DNA of 15,956 nt from a virus. Taxonomy: Duplodnaviria; Heunggongvirae; Uroviricota; Caudoviricetes. This document shows, piece after piece, positions 1 to 8,791 of the stretch (its first letter is position 1; each line of letters begins with the position of its first letter). A program made the translations under genes and the position numbers. The stretch is taken from positions 1 to 15,956 of IMG/VR virus record IMGVR_UViG_2778261418_000011; one strand, 5' to 3'. The notes under the pieces were generated by a model. That model made no database searches. It was not told the DNA's origin and worked only from the letters and a program-made list of their open reading frames with translations.

Positions 1-344
1 GCATCCAGAAAACGGGCGTAAACCTTACGCCGGACCACCGTTCCGCCGACCAGACTCTGCAGATCTTCCGCCATCCCTGTGACCATGCCGTGCATATTAG
101 AGACTTTCAGCGTTGGCCTTGCACTGGCTCCTTTGCCGTTCATCTCAAATCCACTTCCCTGAATGGGATAGGCCTGATACTGCCGCCCCTGCCAGGTGAC
201 TGCTTCACCTTTTTCGTTCTGCTCATTACAGAAGAAATAACGATCTCCGCCGACCTCTGTCAGATCAATTTCCCAGAGCACGACCAGCGCGGATTGCTCC
301 GTTTTAGTGCACTCATTGAGTGTTTCCTGCTGTATATCCTGCAT
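1..344 (-). CDS. L: Minor tail protein L, N-terminal ~114 aa (gene continues past the window start)
   Basis: My own minus-strand translation from the ATG at 344-342 reads MQDIQQETLNECTKTEQSALVVLWEIDLTEVGGDRYFFCNEQNEKGEAVTWQGRQYQAYPIQGSGFEMNGKG..., which matches the N-terminus of lambda gpL as I recall it. The ATG overlaps the M stop codon (ATGA). It is absent from the ORF track because it runs off the window. Confidence 0.8.
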   Translation of the reverse strand, partial: MQDIQQETLNECTKTEQSALVVLWEIDLTEVGGDRYFFCNEQNEKGEAVTWQGRQYQAYPIQGSGFEMNGKGASARPTLKVSNMHGMVTGMAEDLQSLVGGTVVRRKVYARFLD

Positions 345-685
345 CAGTGAGTGACCTCTTCAAAGGTACAGTTAAAATCGGTATACATGGCATTATCCGA
401 AATGCTCCACTCCCTGCAGACAACCCGGACAGTCCTGTTGTGTTTTGGCGGACGCCACAAAAAAGCACGAATCCCGGCATGACGGGATAAAAAACTGTCC
501 AGCGCGGCACGGGAATATTCATCTGTGACACGAAATACCGGTTTAAACGTTTTCAGATCCGCATTCAGACCACCAGCCCGTCGCTGTTCATATCCGTCAC
601 CAAACTTTACCGTAATAACTGATGGCTTTCGTGTCGTCTCCATCCCCTCACGGGGGATCCAGTTAAAAACTTCAGGCTCAGGCAC
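344..685 (-). CDS. M: Minor tail protein M
   Basis: Track ORF 344..730 contains ...KPSVITVKFGDGYEQRRAGGLNADLKTFKPVF...FLWRPP..., matching lambda gpM (FGDGY, GLNANLKT, FLWTPP as recalled). The likely start is the GTG at 685-683, which sits 7 nt after a GGAGG and gives 113 aa; the ATG at 700 is an alternative. It overlaps the tape measure stop. Confidence 0.8.
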   Translation of the reverse strand: MPEPEVFNWIPREGMETTRKPSVITVKFGDGYEQRRAGGLNADLKTFKPVFRVTDEYSRAALDSFLSRHAGIRAFLWRPPKHNRTVRVVCREWSISDNAMYTDFNCTFEEVTH

Positions 686-3600
686 TGTATAATCCTCCAT
701 CCCGACGCGATGACTGCATAATTGACACAACCCTGCTGTCGATCAGATCCACCAGTCCCCTGGCTGAGCGCGCATCTATCTCGCCATTGCTCCCTTGATT
801 CTGAATGCTGATGTGATACACGGGAGAATAAACAAATCCACCGCCACCATTCACATTGCCAATGGCTCTGACCCCAAGAGAGCCGTCCGCTGCCCGTGTC
901 AGTGGCATGATAGCTTCAGGCCCGGCCTCGCCCATCAGCCCGGCACCTTTCGCAAAAGCAAAATACGTCGGTGTATCCACAATAGTGTTACTGTAAGCAC
1001 TCAGATTTGCCGATGTGTAAACACCACCTTTTGCGTTTGCCACCGCCCCCGAAATCCATCCGCCGACCGTACCAAGCCACCCTCCGGCACCGGAGAGTGA
1101 CTTCAGTCCGTTAACAATGGCCGCATTCATCAGAATTTTTGAAACTTCCCGGAGAACTGAACTCCCCCAGTTCCTCCACTCCACAACATTCCCGGCCAGT
1201 GCATCGGAAATATTTGATACCAACCCGTCCATCGTGGAAACGACAGCATCTGCCGCCTGTGAAGCATAATCGGTGGCACTGTCTGCCCAGTTGGTCAGTC
1301 CCTCCTGGAGTCCGGCATTCCAGTTATTACGTAAAGCATCGGCCTTTGCATAATAATCCTGCTGATCGCTGAGACGCTCTTCCAGATATTTTTTATTCAG
1401 TTCTTTCTCCTGTTTCCACAGGGCTTCTTCAATTTCTCCGGCCTGATACTGTCTCAGCAGCTCGTTATTTTTCTTCTCAAACGTCTGCCGGATACTCCAC
1501 ATTTCCTGGAGTCGTTCACGCATCCGTGAGCCTTCACCATATCCCAGCAACTGCGCTTCGTCAGATGCCCGGGCACTGGCATTACTGTCCGCCAGACTGC
1601 TCTCATACGCAGCAAGCTGCTCACGAATCTTTTTCTGGTCGATGAGTGCTGCATTCTGCAAAAGCGTTTTTTTCTGCGCTTCTGACAGGGTTGATAATTC
1701 GCCCTGACTGACCTGATATTTCATCTTAGCCAGTTCAGTATTCTGCCCTGCCAGTGCTATCTGTTCTTTTTGCTGTTTAATCAGCCGTTTATAAATATCT
1801 TCTGTTTTTTCCGCTTCGGTCTTTTTATGCGCTTTTGGTTTATTTGCCTGGTTATTTCGCCAGGCATCCAGTGAGTTATTGATATAATTCTGTCTGGCTG
1901 TCTGATACGCCTCTCCCACAAAGCCGAGATCATCCGCAGCATAACCCAGGCGGGCACGCTCACGGGCTTCCCCCTTCAGGCGGGACAGAGCCAGTTCGCG
2001 CTCGCTGTTATTCAGTGCGGTCTGCTGTTTATCATCCAGGGTTGCCTGTGGTAGCCGTAACGGTACATTCACCAGCCCCTGTCGCTGCTGAAGTAATTCA
2101 TTACCGAGCCCGAGAAGGCGATTAAACTCGGTATGCTGCCCATTCATGATCAACAGGGACTGATACGCTTTGTTTTGTTCCGCCGCCTGTTGACGGATCA
2201 ACGCCACCCGTCGTTCTTCCAGCCCGGCAAGCACATCCTGAATGGATTGCGCTTTGCCCTGCATTTGAGTGAGGCGAGACTGTTCAACTGCCAGTTGATT
2301 TGTTGCTTCTGCAAGCCCTTCTGTGACAGTTTTTACCGACGTCATGTGGTTAATCATAAAACCGTTATCGGTTGTCCAGCCCGGGTTTGCCAGCACATAC
2401 TGATAGCCAGCAATTTTTTCCTGTAAGGATTTAATCTTACTTTTCTGCTCGTCAATTAACCTGTTCTGCTCCTTCAGTGCCTGTCGCGTCTTTTCCTCAT
2501 TATCTGACGCTTCAGGAAGCGACATTGCCGACGTTTTCTGGCGAATTTCGTCGATTGTTGCGGCATACTGGCGTGCAGATTCTCTGGCCTGCTCCTGATT
2601 CTGATACATCATGTACCAGGCCGCAGCCCCCAGCATGACGAGTCCCGGCACACCACCAACCAGCCCCAGCGCGCCACTTAATAAACGACTCCCCACTGAC
2701 GTAACATTATTCAGCGTTGTCTGTGCCGCTGTTCTGGCCGCAATATTACGGGTAAGTGATGCCTGGGCAGCTGTCAGCTTCGCTTCTGCTGCGGCCTGCC
2801 TTTCGGTACCGCGAGCAGCAACAACCGCCTGTTGCGCACGATAAACCGCCGCACGCGCCCTGGCAGTTGCTATCTGTGTCCCCCGAAGTTGCGCTTCAGC
2901 AAGAGACACTTCGTTTCTGGCCGCAGTGATTAGCCCGGCAGTTGCAGAGCCAGCAGAAGATGCCATATTGCCAAAATATCGGGCTACCCCGACGGCAACC
3001 AGTGCACCGGCAGCGGTTGCCACGGTGTCAATATTGCCTGCAATACTATTCAGCACACCGGAGAGCGTCTTCGTCACTCCGCTTGCCTCGTTCGCACCAC
3101 CAACCCAGGCCATAAAGGCGTTTTCAACTTTGGTTGCAGAGGATGAAACCGTATCAGGCATTGCCGCATATTCATCACGTAATGCCCCAAGCTGACTAAT
3201 CAGTGCAGGAACAACCTTATCGGCGGTCAGTTTTCCGTTATCCGCCATGGCCTTCAGATCCTTACGGGCAACTCCCATTCCCGCAGCCAGCGCACGAATA
3301 ACACGATCGCCGTTCTCATTCACCGAGTTAAACTCTTCACCGCGCAGCACTCCCTGCGCCAGTGCCTGACTGAACTGCGTGATCACCGAACTGGCTTCTG
3401 CTGTACTGGCACCGGATAATTTCAGGCCCGTGGAGATCGCCTCAGTGACTTTCAGTACTTCCTCAGAACTGTAGCCATACTCCCGCATGGAAGCTGCAGA
3501 GCGGGCAAAAAGGCTGGCGTTATCAGAAAAAGCCGTCCCCGTTCTCTGGCTGATTGCCATTAATTCGCGTTGTGATGCCTGAAAATCATCACTGGACTGT

Positions 3601-3911
3601 GAGGCCTGCTTCAGACGGGCATTGACTGAATTCCACTCATCGGCGAGAGAAATAAGATGACCGGTAGCAAAAGCCCCGGCAAATGCCCCCGCCATGTTCA
3701 GTGCCGAAGATTTAGCTGTATTTATCTGATCCGTCACTTCTGCCAGTGCACGCCGCATTTCACGGGATGCAGCAGCGGACTGTCGGCTTCCATTCTGCAT
3801 GGTGCGGTAGTAATCCTGCCCCATACGCGAAGCCCGGGAGATCTCTGACTGAAATGACCGGGAGTTTGCCGAAATTTTAATAATCAGTTCACGTAATGTC
3901 GCCACACTCAT
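678..3911 (-). CDS. H: Tail tape measure protein (lambda gpH-like), 1077 aa
   Basis: Very long Ala/Gln/Glu-rich coiled-coil ORF with a central hydrophobic Gly/Ala segment and a C-terminus ending ...RRDGGLYSA, like lambda gpH (...RDGGLFS...). It lies between the G/T chaperone and M. The ATG at 3911 is only 1 nt from a GGAG; the GTG at 3905 has 7-nt spacing and may be the true start. Confidence 0.9.
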   Translation of the reverse strand: MSVATLRELIIKISANSRSFQSEISRASRMGQDYYRTMQNGSRQSAAASREMRRALAEVTDQINTAKSSALNMAGAFAGAFATGHLISLADEWNSVNARLKQASQSSDDFQASQRELMAISQRTGTAFSDNASLFARSAASMREYGYSSEEVLKVTEAISTGLKLSGASTAEASSVITQFSQALAQGVLRGEEFNSVNENGDRVIRALAAGMGVARKDLKAMADNGKLTADKVVPALISQLGALRDEYAAMPDTVSSSATKVENAFMAWVGGANEASGVTKTLSGVLNSIAGNIDTVATAAGALVAVGVARYFGNMASSAGSATAGLITAARNEVSLAEAQLRGTQIATARARAAVYRAQQAVVAARGTERQAAAEAKLTAAQASLTRNIAARTAAQTTLNNVTSVGSRLLSGALGLVGGVPGLVMLGAAAWYMMYQNQEQARESARQYAATIDEIRQKTSAMSLPEASDNEEKTRQALKEQNRLIDEQKSKIKSLQEKIAGYQYVLANPGWTTDNGFMINHMTSVKTVTEGLAEATNQLAVEQSRLTQMQGKAQSIQDVLAGLEERRVALIRQQAAEQNKAYQSLLIMNGQHTEFNRLLGLGNELLQQRQGLVNVPLRLPQATLDDKQQTALNNSERELALSRLKGEARERARLGYAADDLGFVGEAYQTARQNYINNSLDAWRNNQANKPKAHKKTEAEKTEDIYKRLIKQQKEQIALAGQNTELAKMKYQVSQGELSTLSEAQKKTLLQNAALIDQKKIREQLAAYESSLADSNASARASDEAQLLGYGEGSRMRERLQEMWSIRQTFEKKNNELLRQYQAGEIEEALWKQEKELNKKYLEERLSDQQDYYAKADALRNNWNAGLQEGLTNWADSATDYASQAADAVVSTMDGLVSNISDALAGNVVEWRNWGSSVLREVSKILMNAAIVNGLKSLSGAGGWLGTVGGWISGAVANAKGGVYTSANLSAYSNTIVDTPTYFAFAKGAGLMGEAGPEAIMPLTRAADGSLGVRAIGNVNGGGGFVYSPVYHISIQNQGSNGEIDARSARGLVDLIDSRVVSIMQSSRRDGGLYSA

Positions 3912-3921
3912 TCTCCGGACG

Positions 3922-3943
3922 AAAAAAAACCGCCGAAGCGGTT
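3922..3943 (-). terminator. Putative intrinsic terminator/attenuator between T and the tape measure gene
   Basis: Minus strand reads AACCGC-UUCG-GCGGUU followed by a U-run (plus-strand A8 at 3922-3929): a 6-bp stem with a UUCG tetraloop and U-tract, immediately upstream of the tape measure RBS. Confidence 0.35.
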
Positions 3944-3951
3944 ATGTTGAC

Positions 3952-4242
3952 TCACTGAGACACGGTTAAAAGCGCGTTTTCCAGCCCGGCAAATGGATCT
4001 GAGGCGCCTTCTGTCTGCTCCTGCTCCCACTGAAGAAGCACATCATTCAGTGGTACTTTAACCCCCTGCGCACCGTAAACAGCTGAAACAATCTGGGCAG
4101 CCCGGATATCAGCCCGTTCGTCCCCCAGCGGGCTGAACCTGTCAAATTCTGCCCACATCATGATTTCTGATGCGGACATTTCCCGGCGTAACTCTGACAA
4201 TGTGCGCCCCATCCTGAGCGCCAGCATCATCAGAAAACGCAT
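3952..4242 (-). CDS. T: Tail assembly protein T frame (C-terminal part of the G-T fusion made by a -1 frameshift)
   Basis: 96-aa ORF in the -1 frame relative to G, starting 12 nt after the G stop. This is the position and arrangement of lambda T; the slippery site is described below. Confidence 0.75.
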   Translation of the reverse strand: MRFLMMLALRMGRTLSELRREMSASEIMMWAEFDRFSPLGDERADIRAAQIVSAVYGAQGVKVPLNDVLLQWEQEQTEGASDPFAGLENALLTVSQ

Positions 4243-4253
4243 CCCCGGAAGTG

Positions 4254-4640
4254 CTACTTTTTTTTAACCTCTCCGGCATCACTGATCAGTTCCAGAGACT
4301 GGCGAAGAAGCCGGGCATGCACCGGGCCATACACGGCAATCACCTGTTCACGATCATCCTCTGAAAATACGGGTTGCAGCCCGGTATCACACAGAACATC
4401 AATGAACAGTTCAACGTCTGCCTCCAGATTTCGGCGGGCACGCTCTGCAACAGATGGCGATGTATCATCTTCCCTGGCTTTAACGATCTCCTGCCAGCGC
4501 AACCAGGCTTCTGCAGAAGGTTCCCGTAACACAACCGTTGCTCCTTCCCATTCAGGCACATCAACGGTTTTATGGCGAAACCCCGACATCGTTGCCAGTG
4601 CCAGATTACGGATATTTTTAGTCATCACATCCATCCTCAT
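4254..4640 (-). CDS. G: Tail assembly chaperone G
   Basis: Acidic ~125-aa ORF directly upstream of the tape measure and downstream of the major tail gene, ending ...GEVKKK on a slippery A-run. The TAATG overlap with the V stop supports the 4640 start; the ATG at 4625 has a better SD (GAGGA, 8-nt spacing). Confidence 0.8.
   Translation of the reverse strand: MRMDVMTKNIRNLALATMSGFRHKTVDVPEWEGATVVLREPSAEAWLRWQEIVKAREDDTSPSVAERARRNLEADVELFIDVLCDTGLQPVFSEDDREQVIAVYGPVHARLLRQSLELISDAGEVKKK
4257..4263 (-). other. Programmed -1 ribosomal frameshift site (slippery heptamer A AAA AAG)
   Basis: Minus-strand mRNA reads GTT AAA AAA AAG TAG. The heptamer A_AAA_AAG is in the zero frame at the last three codons of G, and a -1 slip continues as GTA GCA CTT CCG GGG ATG CGT..., which is the T frame. 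Confidence 0.75.
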
Positions 4641-5344
4641 TAACTGACGGTTACAGTGCAGGAAGTGGAGGTCACTTTGTTAACCGGGCTTGCTGAATCA
4701 GAAATCTCGCAGGTATACGCACCGGCATCACCGGATGCTGCTGATGCCTTACTGAACGTTGCCGCCGTCTGTCCGGAAACAGGAGAACCACCTTTCTTCC
4801 AGACATAAGAATAAGGCGGCACACCACCGGCAGCCTCAACCACCATTTCGAGTTTCGCTCCGGCAGAAACCTGCAGCGTGCTGTTTAAATCGACCTTCAC
4901 TTTCAGCGGTTCTGTCGTCAGCACAGGTTTACCTTTCAGGCGCAGGGAAAACGTTGCAGCCACAACACCATTGGTTCCTGCAGACCAGGTATGCTGACGC
5001 ACCTCTGCCATAAAGGTAAATCCGTTTCCTGACGGAAAAATAACTTTAAAGCCATACGTGGTGTCATTGTCATAGGCACTGCGCAACGCATTCTGGGCAG
5101 CATTGAGGTAAAAGTTGCCTGACATGGAAATCTCTGACGCGGCACCAAGACCGTTAATATTTTCCTGCTCAACAGAACACAGCGTGGTGACATCAATATC
5201 CTGCTTTTGTCCTGCGGTAAACTGCACCTCTTTGATTGTACAGCTCAGGCCAAGATAGCTGGCAGAATCCAGGGTTTCTGCTGTTACCGGTGCAGACGAA
5301 ATCATAATTTTCGTCAGTTGCGAACGCTCAAAATTAGAGGACAT
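4640..5344 (-). CDS. V: Major tail protein (lambda gpV-like) with C-terminal Ig-like domain
   Basis: 234-aa ORF in the V position. The C-terminal ~90 aa (..LKVKVDLNSTLQVSAGAKLEMVVEAAGGVPPYSYVWKKGG...YTCEISDSA...) looks like a bacterial Ig-like fold. RBS GGAG is 6 nt upstream of the ATG. Confidence 0.85.
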   Translation of the reverse strand: MSSNFERSQLTKIMISSAPVTAETLDSASYLGLSCTIKEVQFTAGQKQDIDVTTLCSVEQENINGLGAASEISMSGNFYLNAAQNALRSAYDNDTTYGFKVIFPSGNGFTFMAEVRQHTWSAGTNGVVAATFSLRLKGKPVLTTEPLKVKVDLNSTLQVSAGAKLEMVVEAAGGVPPYSYVWKKGGSPVSGQTAATFSKASAASGDAGAYTCEISDSASPVNKVTSTSCTVTVS

Positions 5345-5361
5345 ACTCGTCTCCTGAAAAT

Positions 5362-5382
5362 AAAAAAAACCGCCAGCGGCGG
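5362..5382 (-). terminator. Putative intrinsic terminator/attenuator upstream of the major tail gene
   Basis: Minus strand reads CCGCC-GCU-GGCGG followed by U8 (plus-strand A8 at 5362-5369), between the stop of the upstream gene (5405) and the V RBS. Confidence 0.35.
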
Positions 5383-5404
5383 GTGGGTAAAATCATTAAC
5401 GAAC

Positions 5405-5749
5405 TCAGGCTATTACCTGAAATTCAAGCGTGGCTCTGCTCAGACGGGATTCAGGATCATAACCCTGCGTTTTAGAAATAACGGAGGGTGCAAGTTCCCT
5501 CACCGCATCAAGCGCCTGTTCCCGGATATCATCTGCGTCATCAGGCACCGTTGCCCAGACATCGATCTGCACGGTAATTCTGGATTCAGCCTGACCATCA
5601 AGCACATCAGACGCCGTGTCAGACACCACAGAAAACACCAGCCACGGCGGAGATACCGCAGGTTTTCCCTCCGTCAGCGGGACCACATAAGGATAAACCT
5701 GTCCTCCGGCCAGTTGAGACAGCAGGGAATACAGTGTGGCTTCCCTCAT
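5405..5749 (-). CDS. Tail completion / tail terminator protein (lambda gpU position; family not recognised with certainty)
   Basis: 114-aa ORF between the gp10-like gene and the major tail gene, with an ATGA overlap to the upstream stop. Assignment rests on gene order; no obvious similarity to lambda U in my recollection. Confidence 0.55.
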   Translation of the reverse strand: MREATLYSLLSQLAGGQVYPYVVPLTEGKPAVSPPWLVFSVVSDTASDVLDGQAESRITVQIDVWATVPDDADDIREQALDAVRELAPSVISKTQGYDPESRLSRATLEFQVIA

Positions 5750-6195
5750 TTACTTAAGACCTCATCAATAGCCTGATTCATTCGCTGTATGGCAACCTGC
5801 GCCGCCAGCTCCTCTGTCGTATCGAAAGCCGGGCGAATGAATGGATGCGCGGGCATGTTTATCGTTCCCAGCTCCACAAAGCGCCAGTAAAACGCATTTC
5901 GGGGATCGCTGGCTTTCATGCTGTTATCACTGTTTCCGGTTCGCAGGTTCCGTCCGCGAATATGGATACCAGAAATAATTTCCCCCCGACGCTTTGAGCG
6001 CTGAGTCAGAACAACCACATTTTTCTTCAGTTTTCCGGTTCGCTCCGGCGCACGTTCAACAACCGCATCCCGCATAACTTCAGCACCGGCACGGGTGGCA
6101 TCGCGCAGCACCTTATTGTTTTCTGCCCTGCTGAGCGTCTCCAGATCCCGTGCAATATCCGCCAGACCTGAAAAATCAAGACTGAAATCCATCAC
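5746..6195 (-). CDS. HK97 gp10-family head-tail protein
   Basis: 149-aa ORF containing ...NMPAHPFIRPAFD..., which I recall as characteristic of the HK97 gp10 family. Sits in the head-tail joining block. Confidence 0.7.
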   Translation of the reverse strand: MMDFSLDFSGLADIARDLETLSRAENNKVLRDATRAGAEVMRDAVVERAPERTGKLKKNVVVLTQRSKRRGEIISGIHIRGRNLRTGNSDNSMKASDPRNAFYWRFVELGTINMPAHPFIRPAFDTTEELAAQVAIQRMNQAIDEVLSK

Positions 6196-6530
6196 ACATT
6201 CCCCTTCAGACTGCAGAGCATTTCAAGCCGGGTGGCGCGTGCATCCGGTATTGGTGGCCCTTCTATACCAAGAGTGACCCCTTTAAATGCACCGGTCAGC
6301 ACTTTCAGACGTGAAGTCGCTGTCACATCGCGCCGAAATCGCATCCAGACTCTGACCGTAGCCTGAGCGGTTTCTGCACCTCCTGATATTCTCTCCCTCC
6401 CGCTGATCCCCTTAACTTCTGCCCATACGGTTGCCCCCTCCGTCATTGTCTCCACCGGATGCCCTGACGGAGAACGGACGGTGGTGACATTCAGAATAGT
6501 TACGCGATCACGTAATCTGCCCGCCTGCAT
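6192..6530 (-). CDS. Head-tail adaptor / head closure protein
   Basis: 112-aa ORF downstream of the gp6-like connector, with a strong RBS (AGGAGG) 4-5 nt upstream of the ATG. Assignment by size and position in an HK97-type head module. Confidence 0.65.
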   Translation of the reverse strand: MQAGRLRDRVTILNVTTVRSPSGHPVETMTEGATVWAEVKGISGRERISGGAETAQATVRVWMRFRRDVTATSRLKVLTGAFKGVTLGIEGPPIPDARATRLEMLCSLKGNV

Positions 6531-6538
6531 GGTTCCTC

Positions 6539-6856
6539 CTACAAAGGAATAAAACGATAAGGCTCCAGCAGAGAAGAAAAACCAAACGGGACTGGTGCCT
6601 TGCTGACATCTGAGGAATTTTCCCGGTTTTCGTACCAGTGTCCGACCAGCAACATGAGCGCCAGCAAAACATCATCAGCTATAAGCACCCCGTCAGGATC
6701 ACCTTCCGGCACCGTCTCCTCATAAAGCTTACGGTTGATAAAATTTTCTGCCTTGCGGCAGGCAGCCCGGAAATACAGCATCAGTAACTCATCATCAGTT
6801 GCATCATCTGTATCAATACGGCACTGCGCCCTGAGTTTTTCCACTATTGCTGCCAT
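6539..6856 (-). CDS. Head-tail connector protein (gp6-like)
   Basis: Track ORF 6539..6901 would overlap the capsid stop. The ATG at 6856 (MAAIVEKLRAQ...) has AGGAG with 6-nt spacing and is the likely start. Acidic ~105-aa protein immediately after the capsid gene. Confidence 0.65.
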   Translation of the reverse strand: MAAIVEKLRAQCRIDTDDATDDELLMLYFRAACRKAENFINRKLYEETVPEGDPDGVLIADDVLLALMLLVGHWYENRENSSDVSKAPVPFGFSSLLEPYRFIPL

Positions 6857-6900
6857 CAGAAACTCCTGCCCGCAACACTGTGCGGGCATAAAAAACCGCA

Positions 6901-8127
6901 TTACGCAGCGGCTTTCTGGCGGGTTGCGGCCCCAATTTTCATCAGCTTAATCGCCTGAGAATCCACCAGCATACCGCCGGTTCGCTTGGTGGTGTAAAAA
7001 CCCACAAACGGTTTATTGGTGTACGGATCGCGCAGGATACGGGTACCGATGCGATCAACGATGGTATAGCCACGTTTGAAGTTACCAAACGCAATGGCTT
7101 TTGCATCGGCAGCAATATCCGGCATCTGTTCATTCTCAACGATGCCATACCCTGCCAGAGAAGAAGGCTGACCCAGCTCAATACCCGGACGCCACAGATA
7201 ATTTCCGTCGTTATCCTTCAGCAGACGAATGGCAAACAGGCTGCTGTTGTTCATCATAAACTTCGCGCCGCTGCGGTGCGCCTTGCGCAGGGTGTAAATC
7301 AGTTTAATGATCGCATCGGCAGTCACGCCGGAAGCCGCACCGGAAGCAATGTGCTGAAGTTTGCCAAACGCACGGGTCTTGTCATCTTCATCGGTGGACT
7401 CGTAAGCCAGAAAACCTTTTGGTTTTTTGCTGCCGTCGCCACTGGTAAAGGCAATTTCTTCCTGCTCGGCAAATTCCAGCGCCAGCTCACTGTTGATCCA
7501 GTCTTCCACATTGAAGAAAGCATCATCGAGCATTTTCTGGGTGGCCTGCGGGTTGCCGTAGATTTCCCCCATAAAGGGTTCAATCAGACCCAGTTTTGAG
7601 GTGGCGGTTTCCGGACGAGCATCCGTTTCCCCCACCCATCCGGACGTTGTGCCGCCCAGATTCACCAGTTTTTTATAATCCGAGCCACCGAGGGTGATCA
7701 CAGTGGCTTCCTGGCGCATCACCACCTCATCTTTCAGCAGCGTCAGGATGGTACGATCCAGTTCTTCCGGAATGGCATAACCACCATCTTCATCATTACC
7801 TACCTGAAGCGCCTTACGTTCAAGTTCACGCAGACCGTCTTCACGCCCCTTGCGCATAAATCCGATAAACGCTTCTTTGTGTTCACCGGCAACTTTATTT
7901 TGCGTGCCGCCTGCCGGACGCTTGATGTCTGCCAGCTCTTTTTCCAGGTCGCTTTTCAGGTTCTCCAGCTCGCTGATTTGCCCGTTCAGGCTTTCCACCT
8001 GTTCGGCCAGCTTGCCTTTTTCCTGTTCGATCGCGTCAATGCGCTTGTCGTTTTTTGCCTTAAAATCGTCAAACTTCTGCTGCAAATCCTGCGCGACCTG
8101 TTCAACGTCTTTAATATCAACAGCCAT
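6901..8127 (-). CDS. Major capsid protein, HK97 family, with N-terminal coiled-coil delta (scaffolding) domain
   Basis: 408-aa ORF whose N-terminal ~100 aa is a heptad-rich coiled coil (..QKFDDFKAKNDKRIDAIEQEKGKLAEQVESLNGQISELENLKSDLEKELADIK..) followed by a capsid body. It sits directly after a prohead protease with no separate scaffold gene, as in HK97. Confidence 0.9.
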   Translation of the reverse strand: MAVDIKDVEQVAQDLQQKFDDFKAKNDKRIDAIEQEKGKLAEQVESLNGQISELENLKSDLEKELADIKRPAGGTQNKVAGEHKEAFIGFMRKGREDGLRELERKALQVGNDEDGGYAIPEELDRTILTLLKDEVVMRQEATVITLGGSDYKKLVNLGGTTSGWVGETDARPETATSKLGLIEPFMGEIYGNPQATQKMLDDAFFNVEDWINSELALEFAEQEEIAFTSGDGSKKPKGFLAYESTDEDDKTRAFGKLQHIASGAASGVTADAIIKLIYTLRKAHRSGAKFMMNNSSLFAIRLLKDNDGNYLWRPGIELGQPSSLAGYGIVENEQMPDIAADAKAIAFGNFKRGYTIVDRIGTRILRDPYTNKPFVGFYTTKRTGGMLVDSQAIKLMKIGAATRQKAAA

Positions 8128-8140
8128 TATTTACTCCTGA

Positions 8141-8791
8141 TTAAAATTTAAGATTTTTCAGTGCATTCAGTGCGGCATCCACATCCTCAGCATCACGCAG
8201 GGATAAAGCGCCATATCCCCCGGCCATGAATGCTTTGGCCTGGGTTCGCGAGAGTCCAACATCGCGCAAGACCCGCTCAATAATTTTCTGATCAGGGATC
8301 TCCCCACGCGCCAGCGCATTTTTCACATCGCTGATGCGTGCTTCATCATTGGAAGGAAACGTCACCAGACTGACCTCCCACAGGTCGATCTCTTTCAGCA
8401 GGAATACCCCTTTTTCCCGGTCGTACTCCCAGTCTTTCAGGATGTAGCCAATAGAAAGGCCGGTTAAAGAACCGGCCTTCATATGGGCATGTGCACGTTT
8501 TGCCAGGGGATCATCATCAATGAGTAATCGTCCCCTGACATAAAGCCCGACATCATCTTCTTTCATTTCGGTGTACACACCGATGGGCTCATCCATGCGG
8601 TGCTGCCAGAGCAACGCAGGCAGCGCCTTTTTTTCGCTCCATTTCTGGAGTGTTGTGGTAAAGGCTCCGGGGACCACCACATCATCGTGGCTGTCCTTAA
8701 CACCAAAAACAGAACCGTAACCTTCAAATTCCCCGGAATCACTGACGGATTTCAGGTTCAGCGGTATATCAAGACGCTGTTTTGTCTGCAT
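8141..8791 (-). CDS. Prohead protease, HK97 family
   Basis: Track ORF 8141..8821 lies between portal and capsid. The likely start is the ATG at 8791 (MQTKQRL...), with GGAGAG 5 nt upstream; it overlaps the portal 3' end. Confidence 0.85.
   Translation of the reverse strand: MQTKQRLDIPLNLKSVSDSGEFEGYGSVFGVKDSHDDVVVPGAFTTTLQKWSEKKALPALLWQHRMDEPIGVYTEMKEDDVGLYVRGRLLIDDDPLAKRAHAHMKAGSLTGLSIGYILKDWEYDREKGVFLLKEIDLWEVSLVTFPSNDEARISDVKNALARGEIPDQKIIERVLRDVGLSRTQAKAFMAGGYGALSLRDAEDVDAALNALKNLKF

Noticed and set aside
313-531. 72-aa minus-strand ORF overlapping M and L in another frame
   Set aside because: The same sequence is explained by the lambda-like M and L genes, whose translations match known proteins; the alternate frame has no RBS.
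5207-5776. 189-aa plus-strand ORF (Arg/Cys/His-rich)
   Set aside because: It lies antisense to the well-supported tail and head-tail genes, has the low-complexity basic composition typical of reverse-frame shadow ORFs, and has no RBS.
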